Source: a virus
Taxonomy: Duplodnaviria > Caudoviricetes
Strand: one strand, 5' to 3'
IMG/VR virus record: IMGVR_UViG_3300043447_000710
Span: 32,001 to 96,000 of that record
DNA: 64,000 bases
Positions 56,601 to 64,000 of this stretch are shown here, piece after piece. Every line of letters starts with the position of its first letter. Positions within the stretch are counted from its first letter, which is position 1. The position numbers and the translations under genes were made by a program. Below the pieces are notes generated by a model. It was not told where the DNA came from and made no database searches. It was given only the letters and a program-made list of their open reading frames with translations.

Positions 56601-59600
56601 CTTTTGCTGTAGGTACTAGTTTGCTCGATACTGTCTTTCCGACTAAAGGAGTAAAGCTAGACGCAGAGTCAGAAACTTTGACTTCCGTTCTTCTAGGCAT
56701 ACTTAATAAGACTCAATCTTCGAACTACAGTAAAGATTCTGAAGAAACGATCGTATCTCAATCTGCAAATCTCAGATCGCTATTAATTCGAGAAACACTA
56801 AAATCAGCTGTCGATCTACATCTGCGTTCGGCAACTCGCCGCGACACGCTAGCGACCAACTCTTCTAATTATACGATTGCCGCTCAGCCTACTAATTTAG
56901 GCTTTATGCAGTTAGCGATCGTTCAACGTACCGACGCTGCTAAGCAGCGAACTAGTTACTCCTTTGGGGTACAGCTGTTCGCTCTTGCAGGTACTGGAAT
57001 GAGCCCGGTACTCCCAATCGGGATTGGAACTAGATTGCCAAATGAATGGAAGCAAGCATATCTGCAGAGGCTAAACCGAAACTCAGCGCACCCTAATTCA
57101 TTACCCGATAGTATGGGCGAAGCGTTACTTACCCCATTTGGGTTTTTAACTTACGATCCTAACTCACACGTTAGTAAATCGTTAATGGCTATAGGTTCTC
57201 TGACGTACTTACAATCTGCACTTACTTATACTGACGACAAGCTTGCTAAATATGGAACTCCATTAGCTAACAAATCTAAGAATCAATTAGACTTAGATGA
57301 CTTTAGAAAAGTCGCTAAGTTAGGTTTGCATCTAACCGAAGCCGCTTTAAGATACGGGTTGGCTTTGTCAGACTTTCTACCTAAGATGGCAATCTCAGGT
57401 TTAAGAGCTGGACTCAAAGATATTCCGAGTCCTAAAGATATAGGCGTTCTTAGAGTACTAGGAAGATCTATTTACCGCCACCGCTACGGAATCTTAGGTT
57501 ACGCAATCGGCGTTGCTATGACCGATCCAACTTTAGGAGTCGAATCGGTAGACGAGACCGACTCTAGAGTACTGCAACACCCGTTTGCGACGGGCGGCGC
57601 TAGATTTACGGCTGCGGCTTCTGCAGCAGTATTTGGTTCTTTATTAGCTGACGATCTAGGGCTGACAGGAACCCGACCTAATTCGCTAACTGCTAGAATC
57701 CTACCTAAGATATTTAGTTATCAGCAAACTTTAAATTCTGTTGAAGCCACAGCACTTCAAAAGTCCGCCGCTAAAGTAGGCGTTATTGCGGCTGGATTAT
57801 TTGCTGTCAATATTACAGCTTCAGCAATTTCGAGAACTATCGGTCAAATTGGAGGCGAGGCGGGGTTAGAAGCTGCGTATCAAACTGTAGGGCTGCTTCG
57901 TTTATTATCAGGTGTTTCTGCTAGTGAGTACAGACAGCGCAAAGGTAACGTCCTAGGAGATCTAATTGGCGATGTAATAACTAAGATTCCTTTTATCGGC
58001 CAACCGTTAGCAGATCTTACTGGCTTCTACTCCAAGCCGCCCAATCCTTACCTACCAGTATTCGGCACTCCATTTGGATTTAGTTACGGAGAAGACGGTA
58101 ATAGTAGAGCTTACGCCCAGTCTCAAAGCGGTACTATCGACTTAAGCGCGTCAGCCTATTCTAAAGGCAAGGGTGATGAATCTAAATCTCTGCTGCAGTT
58201 ATTTCAAAATCTCGAACGCGCGAACCTAGAAAACGTTACTAACCCAGACGCTCTAGCTTATGCGTTATTGTTAGGCGGCGCGCCAAGAACCAAACGAATC
58301 AAAGTCTCTCAACTTTCTCGTTATGGAACATCTACTTTGCGTAGTTCTGGTTTACAAAGAGCGCTGAGACTGAGACAAGCACTAACAGAAAATTTAATCA
58401 ATCAACGTCCTGGCGAGTACTTACTTAAAGAAATATACTCACAACACAAAGTAGGGCTGGCAAATATTTGGAACGGCTCTGGTTACGACAGAGTAACTAG
58501 CGTTCTAGGAATGAATTGGGGACAGCAGATGAATTTCGTTCCAGTTGTTTCTAAAACCCTGGGAGCTAAAACCAGTTATGAAGTTTTTGCTGCGTCTATT
58601 GAAGGAGAAACTGCAAGTGCTAGAGTCCAAGAGATTACAAATCCTTGGCACAGTCTGCAGGGTATGTATGATTCGTATACTCCCAGTAATAAAAAAGATT
58701 CGCCTAATGCAATCGGTGTCGGCATTCTTAGTGCTGTAGGTACCGGACTATCTATCGTAGTGGCGGCTAGTACTACTGTAGGTTTATTAGAAACTGTTGG
58801 TGCTGTTGAAACGGTTAAGTACGGGCGCTCGTTAAATAGAATTCAAAGTCAAAGATTAGAAAGTGTCGATGCCTTTCTAACTAGAAACAGACTTGACATA
58901 AGAGCTGATGTTAACAATTTTGATAAGGCAGTTGCTAGTAATAAGTACGACCGTAGTGGCTCTGGCTTTACTAGAGCTTTCGATCTCAAATCCCAACGGC
59001 TCAATGTCAAACAACTCCAACAAGCTTACAAACAAACTCTTAATAGGATCGAAACATACTTTAAGACAGATCCTTCAGACTTACTATACGCCGCCAAACT
59101 AAATGGTGCCACGGTTAATGCTTTTGACGAACTACTAACCGGAAACTATCAATCTGGAAAAGAGATCTTACACTCGAAGTTTCTAAAACTGATTGCAGCA
59201 GATTCCGTGAGCGCGAAAAATAGCGGCATTCTTAACGTTCCTGTAGGCAATACTAACTATCGCAGTTTATTTCTCGACATCGATAAGTCTATGTCTGCGA
59301 CTGCTTACGCTCAAAGCTTTCTGTCTGTAGAAATTTACGACGTTCTAGAACAAAAAGCTAGAGAGTTAAATTTGCGTAAGGACCTGTCGGCTTTTCAAAA
59401 AAGAGAGTTATTACTAGCTGCTAAAAATAAGCTAGAAATGACTTTACTAGAACGTCATGTTTTAGGAATGCCTACTAATTCCTTAGTAGAAGCAGACTTA
59501 GTGCCAGAGATAGCCCCTAGAGGATCGGGATTTTCATCTACGTTAAAGCGGGCGGCTTCTGGAGGAGGACTGTTACTTTCTGGATATATGGGAGTTGGAA

Positions 59601-62600
59601 AGCCGGCTTATGCTTTAGCTGAAAGTACTACGATTTTATTATCGTCAGACCGTCGCTTACATAAATACGCCGCGCGTAAATTTTATGATACTTCTTTAGA
59701 ACTAGGACTTTCCTTAGCAACTCAAAAGGTAATCTCTAAAGCTTTTGGCGGAAAGATGTTTTCTTTAGGAACTTTAGCCGCGACTATTGGTGTCAGCCTG
59801 GGAGCAAACATATTATTCGATCGCATCAAACAAGCTGCATGGGGGAAAGGAATAGCTAGAGGGGAAGAATGGGTCGCACGATTAGCTTCTAAAGGAATCG
59901 CTACTGTCGCAGATATTGTCTCTTACCTTCCAGGCATATCTCACTTGGGTAGCTTTTTTGCCGATACTGTGTTTAAGCCGACAGGCTTAAAAATAGCAGG
60001 AGCTTATAATGCCGCCAGCAATAAAAGTCTGGCGGATGGCATCATAGCAGAACTACTTTTACCAGAGTCGATCTATAAACGTAATAACTTCATTCCTAAA
60101 GGCTCTCGCTGGGGAACTCAATACATCAGTTCGCCTTGGGTAACTACAGACTTAACCGCTTATTATCAAGCTCAGCGTAATAGTGAAGTGAAAGCTACGA
60201 TGTACGCAACGCCTGTTAATCTGGGCGTCAACGACTATCTAGCCAGCGATATTCAAAGTAGCGATTATTATCAAAACGTCCTATACGAACGGTGGTTCAA
60301 GCAACGAATCGATGGAACTCCTTCTCCGCTAACCAACTTTGCAATCCATCAGCACAACCAGATTAGTGAAGGGACTTTGAGAGGCTTACAAAACAGAGCT
60401 TCATTAAAAGGGTATTACCAATACGGAAAAGATTTTCGTAAAGCTGCTTCTCCTTATTATGATTATGTCTCTCAAGCATTATTTGGAACCGGAACTACTA
60501 ACGAACTATTAAGAATTGCTACTCATGCCAACGCTAGCAGCGCTAGGGTTTTAGCTGACAGCTATGCAGGCATAGACAAGTACGCAATCGATCCCGCTCA
60601 AAGAGTCGTTAAAGGTCTAGGCAGAAGAGCTATTGGCGGTTATTTAATTGCTATTTCTAAAATACCGGCTAGAACGCCTTCTAGAGTTAAATCGCTGCTT
60701 TCGTTACCTAGCAACGTTATAAGCCGCCTGGGTAGTTGGTTGGGTAATACTTTAGGCGGAGTCAAAACAGTGTCTTCGGTAGTAGCTGGAACTACTGTAG
60801 TTACAGTAAGAGATTTGACAGCACAAGCAACCGCAGACATCGAAACTAAATTAGCTAAATCAACGGTTTATTTAGAGCGGAACATCGCTCCTACAGCCGC
60901 ATATATTGGAATTAAAGCTTTACAGGCAACAGCTTTCGTACTTGGGAGTGCTAGCAGACTAGCATTGACAGGGCTATCTAAGATTCCTACTAAAGATCTG
61001 CCTACTCTACCAGAGTACAATCGCCCGCGCGTTAACTTTAACGTTCCTGTAGCTTGGACGAAAGATAATACTAGGCTTATAAATACTGCTAGTGCGACTT
61101 GGAAAACGTTTTCAGGTCATTTACCTTTATGGTTAGACCTAGCTAGCTTGCTACCTTCGACATTAAGTTTGCAGAGTCTTGGAAATCCCAATCAAACTAA
61201 GATGGAGGTATTAGCTACATACGAACGGCAAGGTGCCACAGTGGCAGGAACTCTATCTGGGTTAGCTTTGGCAGCGACACGGGCTAATTTATTAACTTCC
61301 GTAGTAGCGGCTCTAGCAACCTCTTACGTAGGAGGAAGGTTAGCAAGAGCTGCAGGTAGTTCTGACTATGATAAGAACGAAACTACCTATCAAACTTTAT
61401 TGACTGTGACTGGCTACTTAACTATGGGCTTGAGTGCCGCTCAGTCTTTATGGGCCTTTCACCGGCGGCTGGCTACTTACGATAATCACGTTGAGATAAT
61501 TACCGATTCAGACGGTAACAAGACAGCCAGCGTTAACTTTGACGAAAAGATGTTAAAGCGGCAAGGCTATCTGCAAACTAGACGCCAGAAATTAATTACT
61601 TCGCCAAACAGCAGCTATAAAAATCAACAGCTGGCTAGGATCGATCGGGAATTGATGCAAATTCATTACGAGAAAGCTCACGAATTCGCACATAACGAAC
61701 AGTTTCAAGACGGACAATTTAAGTCTATCCCACTTCAAGACCCGGTATCTGCTAGAGTCGAACAAAGACTTCGAAGATTGGCTACACTTTCAGCTCAAGA
61801 ACGGCTTTATCAAGAACCGTTCCTAAACGAAAATAATTATAACGAGATTTACGAACGCGAGTATGAAGCTCAACGGCGCGCTTACGCTAATGTAGAACAA
61901 AGAATTAAAGCTGGAGATTATAATTTAGCTACTCCAGAACGTTACTTAGAACACTATTTAGATCTAACAGAACGCCAACTTACTAGAGCTAGGGGTTTCG
62001 AACGCAACCCAACCCCAGCAGTTACTAACGCCGACCCAATTACAAAACTGTATTCACCGCTTTCAAACCAAGTCAGTCAGGTGCATACTGGTGTAAACTC
62101 AAGCCATTTTGAAAAGTTTGGTAGATTAATTTCTAGCGGCGCTACTAGCTCTGATAGGTTATTAAGCGGCGCCCAAACGTTAATCGCTTTACCAGTAGCA
62201 ATTGCTGAAAGTAGTTCCGACCGTGAAAGCCTACAACTAATTACAGCTAGTTATTATGGTAGAGCTAACCTCCGTCAAGTAAAGACAGGACTGCAAAACC
62301 GCGCCAAGGAAAAAGTTAGATATCAAACGTCAAACGTCACCGGGTGGGTACTTGGAGTTACAGCTAAGTCTGCCGTAACTAAACTAGGAATTACTTTGTA
62401 TTCGAGTCTCGGAGCTTTTGGAGGTAGCGTTCCGTTTACAGAACTACCTTTAATGCCCACTTTTCTCGGCGACACCATTTCTAATTTTTATACAGATTAC
62501 CAAGTACAACGTCTAAGAAACGGAAACGCAGCTTTAGACATTGGTACTTTACCTTCAGGCTCGCTATCGATGCTACGGCAACATTACATCGATACAGCGC

Positions 62601-64000
62601 TAGCTGTTAAATCAGGAGAAAAGATTAGAGCTGGACTTAGCGCGGCTAAGAGTTGGTTGAGCCATAGCAAATTTACAAAATGGGGAGTATCAGGCAGTGC
62701 CGGTTTAGCGACAAAAGGGATTAAAGCTGTAAGTTGGGCACTGTCAAAACTTGCCAAGCCGCTAATAGGTCTACTTACCACACCAAGAATCTCTGGAGTT
62801 GTCAATAGACTAGCCACTGAAACTATTAGTAGAGTTTCTCAGTATAGTAAATGGCAAAGACTGTATGCTGCTTGGAATAAAGCTGGGTTTAAAGGTATCG
62901 ACGCAGTTACCGGGCTTACTAGTAAGTATGCTTCTGCAACTATCGCGCGCAGACTTAAACTCGATCGAACTACAGTTTTAGGTTTAAAAATCGCTAGTCT
63001 TCCTCAGCGCGGATTTAATTTAGCTCATAACTTGATACGCAGGTTAGACATGGTTAGGACTAGCTTTGTCGCCAGCATTGAAGATTACGGTCTTAATAAA
63101 CTAGCTAATTATAGACCAGCTACTTCAAAACCGTGGCTGACAGCAGCGATCTCTAAGGCCGGCAATTTTGTTAGATGGTTCGACAGATATCAGCTCCCAG
63201 CAAATCAGATAACTACGGCTACGGCTGCTACTTCTATAGCTAGCCAGAGTACTACTGTAGTCGCCTCCAAATCATCTTGGCTGATTAATAGTGGCAAAGC
63301 TTTAATGCCAGTCTTTAAAACCGTTTTTGGTTTAGCTGCTATTGCTGCTATCTATCAAACTCAAGGCCCGCAAACTGCAGCAGTTACAGCTTTTGTTGGC
63401 GGGATAATTTACGGCGCTGCAAAACTCAGTAAGGGAACTATAGTTGGCAAAGCTATTGGAGCGCAAGTTTTAAAAGAAGGTGCCTTTGGTTCCTTACTTA
63501 AAGGTGTTAGCGTTGGTATAGACACTAGCGAGATAGTCAAAGCTTCTCTAACCTTAGCGATCTCACCTTCTCGTAAACTATCTCGTCCGTTATTACAAAT
63601 TGCTTACAATCAAGGTAGTTCTGGCACGGCTGGCTTGATGACTACTTTTACTTACATACCCAGATTTGGTATCGTTGGAGGCTTGACAGCAGGCTTTACT
63701 AGCAGCGTAGTAATGGGTGCGGTTTCAGAACGGCAAGCAGATTACCGCTACGAACAGTTGCGCCAAGGGGAAATTACTAGCCTTTTGCCCTACGCGAGCA
63801 GAGATATTTTACGCCCAGCTATCGAACAGACTTTATTGATTAATAGCTTGGGTACTCTTTACGAAGCCGCTTGGAAAACAAAACGCGGACAAAAGCTTAG
63901 CGCCGCTATTAATAAGATCAAACCAATAGGAGCTTGGCAGCGGCTAGTTGATAGATTTCATTTTAGCTTTGTTAAGACAATCGCTCAAAGAGCGCAGCGC
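53684..64000 (+). CDS. Giant protein (>3,439 aa, runs off the right edge) with N-terminal tandem PLD-superfamily domain; tape-measure/ejected-protein candidate
   Basis: ATG at 53684 (MSSLDYGT...); the frame is open at all points checked and at the edge. Motifs LHFKSY...TGNLS and IQLTSPFL...AKKRGANISV...VHQKNF...GSDNLS...LE. The remainder is A/G/L/S-rich with many hydrophobic segments. Confidence 0.85.
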   Translation, partial: MSSLDYGTSLSQSKEGSISYFGYREYGAANDEFVTTGKLVGATLYSVPTNRYIAPLEKAQFVGINTEGGQLSRLNKVSGAVSSYGEERRLHFKSYTRVNERGDLEAFLPTGNLSKNTAGDEGTFFSNILSNLGLGQPQQDNTGVLLTGRLASKFLEFQRSVVKGEMPQGLKLNDEYSLIRGEVTAATLIEAIGRTGKDDRIQLTSPFLNNATLLEATIAAKKRGANISVTMAPGYNSTVERERTKERLAKEGINVYTSTDNRLVHQKNFAISGPKIKLAGTGSDNLSNSSASNKTLEYMLVAEGNSKLLSNLLQESEDLSKQLQKVEANRSAYEDGEFAYLYNTTYSTSGSRSGSSSGSSSVNGGFVKPTKLNTSYFTRHLRNRQNKYEGFTNTYEAITGIYAPGAVSSFDDSLGTASLGHKLNYLLGIQLYRDGAGVLGSAVTAIGKLLDTATGHYAFRDDMQRRKQKRGSISKFQTIVDESWQSNEEYQGGPIEKTIDTFYQATRGLFTGAVAFSGVFAIQSIATIYLEEGAKRLLEPNAKPTALQQVVIQGYLSPIGRTVLNTAKSLMQANDKLSSQDAYIAAMTKHQVLNANEMLGSGGSAPGIINRFRQTTASFMEYVLPSVIRMVVPEAKQSQALEAGKALVDALGRPISLSTQGLQNLQAERNLNIGKALESLSTYVPLEMHMWIPSIRAVLDPTSVNNAPSLGSTLGVGTPNLPSLSQAIGRGLIGNTISGFLGIANKLENLIVNPDKELLRLQAAYKSSHRSLALDIAVAKQLETSTQDNALANRVRSFLHQQSQTSKLLSTFSNEAASISASSGNGVSVNLPKSFSIKRIAIGLGSLFLADAILDEALLKNQGSDLFQQLALIRTTRTHEGNITQIELTPTLPGALSLGVAGLAGLSGGYTFPTIYSVSRHDSPTLARLATATTPKLQELAQEVSEYRGTRARFNFKAAVATSIMALAATKAAFAVGTSLLDTVFPTKGVKLDAESETLTSVLLGILNKTQSSNYSKDSEETIVSQSANLRSLLIRETLKSAVDLHLRSATRRDTLATNSSNYTIAAQPTNLGFMQLAIVQRTDAAKQRTSYSFGVQLFALAGTGMSPVLPIGIGTRLPNEWKQAYLQRLNRNSAHPNSLPDSMGEALLTPFGFLTYDPNSHVSKSLMAIGSLTYLQSALTYTDDKLAKYGTPLANKSKNQLDLDDFRKVAKLGLHLTEAALRYGLALSDFLPKMAISGLRAGLKDIPSPKDIGVLRVLGRSIYRHRYGILGYAIGVAMTDPTLGVESVDETDSRVLQHPFATGGARFTAAASAAVFGSLLADDLGLTGTRPNSLTARILPKIFSYQQTLNSVEATALQKSAAKVGVIAAGLFAVNITASAISRTIGQIGGEAGLEAAYQTVGLLRLLSGVSASEYRQRKGNVLGDLIGDVITKIPFIGQPLADLTGFYSKPPNPYLPVFGTPFGFSYGEDGNSRAYAQSQSGTIDLSASAYSKGKGDESKSLLQLFQNLERANLENVTNPDALAYALLLGGAPRTKRIKVSQLSRYGTSTLRSSGLQRALRLRQALTENLINQRPGEYLLKEIYSQHKVGLANIWNGSGYDRVTSVLGMNWGQQMNFVPVVSKTLGAKTSYEVFAASIEGETASARVQEITNPWHSLQGMYDSYTPSNKKDSPNAIGVGILSAVGTGLSIVVAASTTVGLLETVGAVETVKYGRSLNRIQSQRLESVDAFLTRNRLDIRADVNNFDKAVASNKYDRSGSGFTRAFDLKSQRLNVKQLQQAYKQTLNRIETYFKTDPSDLLYAAKLNGATVNAFDELLTGNYQSGKEILHSKFLKLIAADSVSAKNSGILNVPVGNTNYRSLFLDIDKSMSATAYAQSFLSVEIYDVLEQKARELNLRKDLSAFQKRELLLAAKNKLEMTLLERHVLGMPTNSLVEADLVPEIAPRGSGFSSTLKRAASGGGLLLSGYMGVGKPAYALAESTTILLSSDRRLHKYAARKFYDTSLELGLSLATQKVISKAFGGKMFSLGTLAATIGVSLGANILFDRIKQAAWGKGIARGEEWVARLASKGIATVADIVSYLPGISHLGSFFADTVFKPTGLKIAGAYNAASNKSLADGIIAELLLPESIYKRNNFIPKGSRWGTQYISSPWVTTDLTAYYQAQRNSEVKATMYATPVNLGVNDYLASDIQSSDYYQNVLYERWFKQRIDGTPSPLTNFAIHQHNQISEGTLRGLQNRASLKGYYQYGKDFRKAASPYYDYVSQALFGTGTTNELLRIATHANASSARVLADSYAGIDKYAIDPAQRVVKGLGRRAIGGYLIAISKIPARTPSRVKSLLSLPSNVISRLGSWLGNTLGGVKTVSSVVAGTTVVTVRDLTAQATADIETKLAKSTVYLERNIAPTAAYIGIKALQATAFVLGSASRLALTGLSKIPTKDLPTLPEYNRPRVNFNVPVAWTKDNTRLINTASATWKTFSGHLPLWLDLASLLPSTLSLQSLGNPNQTKMEVLATYERQGATVAGTLSGLALAATRANLLTSVVAALATSYVGGRLARAAGSSDYDKNETTYQTLLTVTGYLTMGLSAAQSLWAFHRRLATYDNHVEIITDSDGNKTASVNFDEKMLKRQGYLQTRRQKLITSPNSSYKNQQLARIDRELMQIHYEKAHEFAHNEQFQDGQFKSIPLQDPVSARVEQRLRRLATLSAQERLYQEPFLNENNYNEIYEREYEAQRRAYANVEQRIKAGDYNLATPERYLEHYLDLTERQLTRARGFERNPTPAVTNADPITKLYSPLSNQVSQVHTGVNSSHFEKFGRLISSGATSSDRLLSGAQTLIALPVAIAESSSDRESLQLITASYYGRANLRQVKTGLQNRAKEKVRYQTSNVTGWVLGVTAKSAVTKLGITLYSSLGAFGGSVPFTELPLMPTFLGDTISNFYTDYQVQRLRNGNAALDIGTLPSGSLSMLRQHYIDTALAVKSGEKIRAGLSAAKSWLSHSKFTKWGVSGSAGLATKGIKAVSWALSKLAKPLIGLLTTPRISGVVNRLATETISRVSQYSKWQRLYAAWNKAGFKGIDAVTGLTSKYASATIARRLKLDRTTVLGLKIASLPQRGFNLAHNLIRRLDMVRTSFVASIEDYGLNKLANYRPATSKPWLTAAISKAGNFVRWFDRYQLPANQITTATAATSIASQSTTVVASKSSWLINSGKALMPVFKTVFGLAAIAAIYQTQGPQTAAVTAFVGGIIYGAAKLSKGTIVGKAIGAQVLKEGAFGSLLKGVSVGIDTSEIVKASLTLAISPSRKLSRPLLQIAYNQGSSGTAGLMTTFTYIPRFGIVGGLTAGFTSSVVMGAVSERQADYRYEQLRQGEITSLLPYASRDILRPAIEQTLLINSLGTLYEAAWKTKRGQKLSAAINKIKPIGAWQRLVDRFHFSFVKTIAQRAQR

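Noticed and set aside
54448-62817. Short track ORFs within 54-63 kb
   Set aside because: They are alternative-frame shadows of the giant plus-strand gene.
1-64000. Stop-codon recoding, CRISPR arrays, intact tRNAs, integrase
   Set aside because: Genes are full length under the standard code; no repeat-spacer array, complete cloverleaf or recombinase was seen.

Overview
This window is a 64-kb piece of a large contractile-tailed (myovirus-like) phage genome. The host is probably a cyanobacterium, inferred from cyanobacterial-type IS200/IS605 and IS607 elements, an Amidase_3 lysin and several GCGATCGC/HIP1 sites. Both edges are occupied by giant open-ended ORFs missing from the supplied track. 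One is a >1,678-aa minus-strand protein containing a complete DEDDh exonuclease domain (5036 to <1). The other is a >3,439-aa plus-strand protein beginning with a tandem phospholipase-D-superfamily domain (53684 to >64000), a tape-measure or ejected-protein candidate. The head and tail module (5.8-29.4 kb) has a tail chaperone with an A-AAA-AAG -1 frameshift site, portal, protease/scaffold, major capsid, sheath, tube, a hub carrying an M23 peptidase, a spike-like protein and an amidase. A leftward accessory region (29.5-43 kb) is packed with IS200/IS605/IS607 elements: two intact TnpB, one intact IscB with omegaRNA, one TnpA and three orphan tnpB 3' ends. A rightward block (43.4-53.7 kb) has an M15 lysin, baseplate genes, terminase and dUTPase. 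Two things stand out. (1) A PLMP-like + HNH (IshB-like) gene at 43395 is preceded by its own predicted promoter and a ~280-nt highly base-paired non-coding region. (2) An IS200/IS605-ended element at 40233-41140 carries a NUMOD4-HNH endonuclease in the position normally held by tnpB. All calls are from motif reading by eye; no searches were run.
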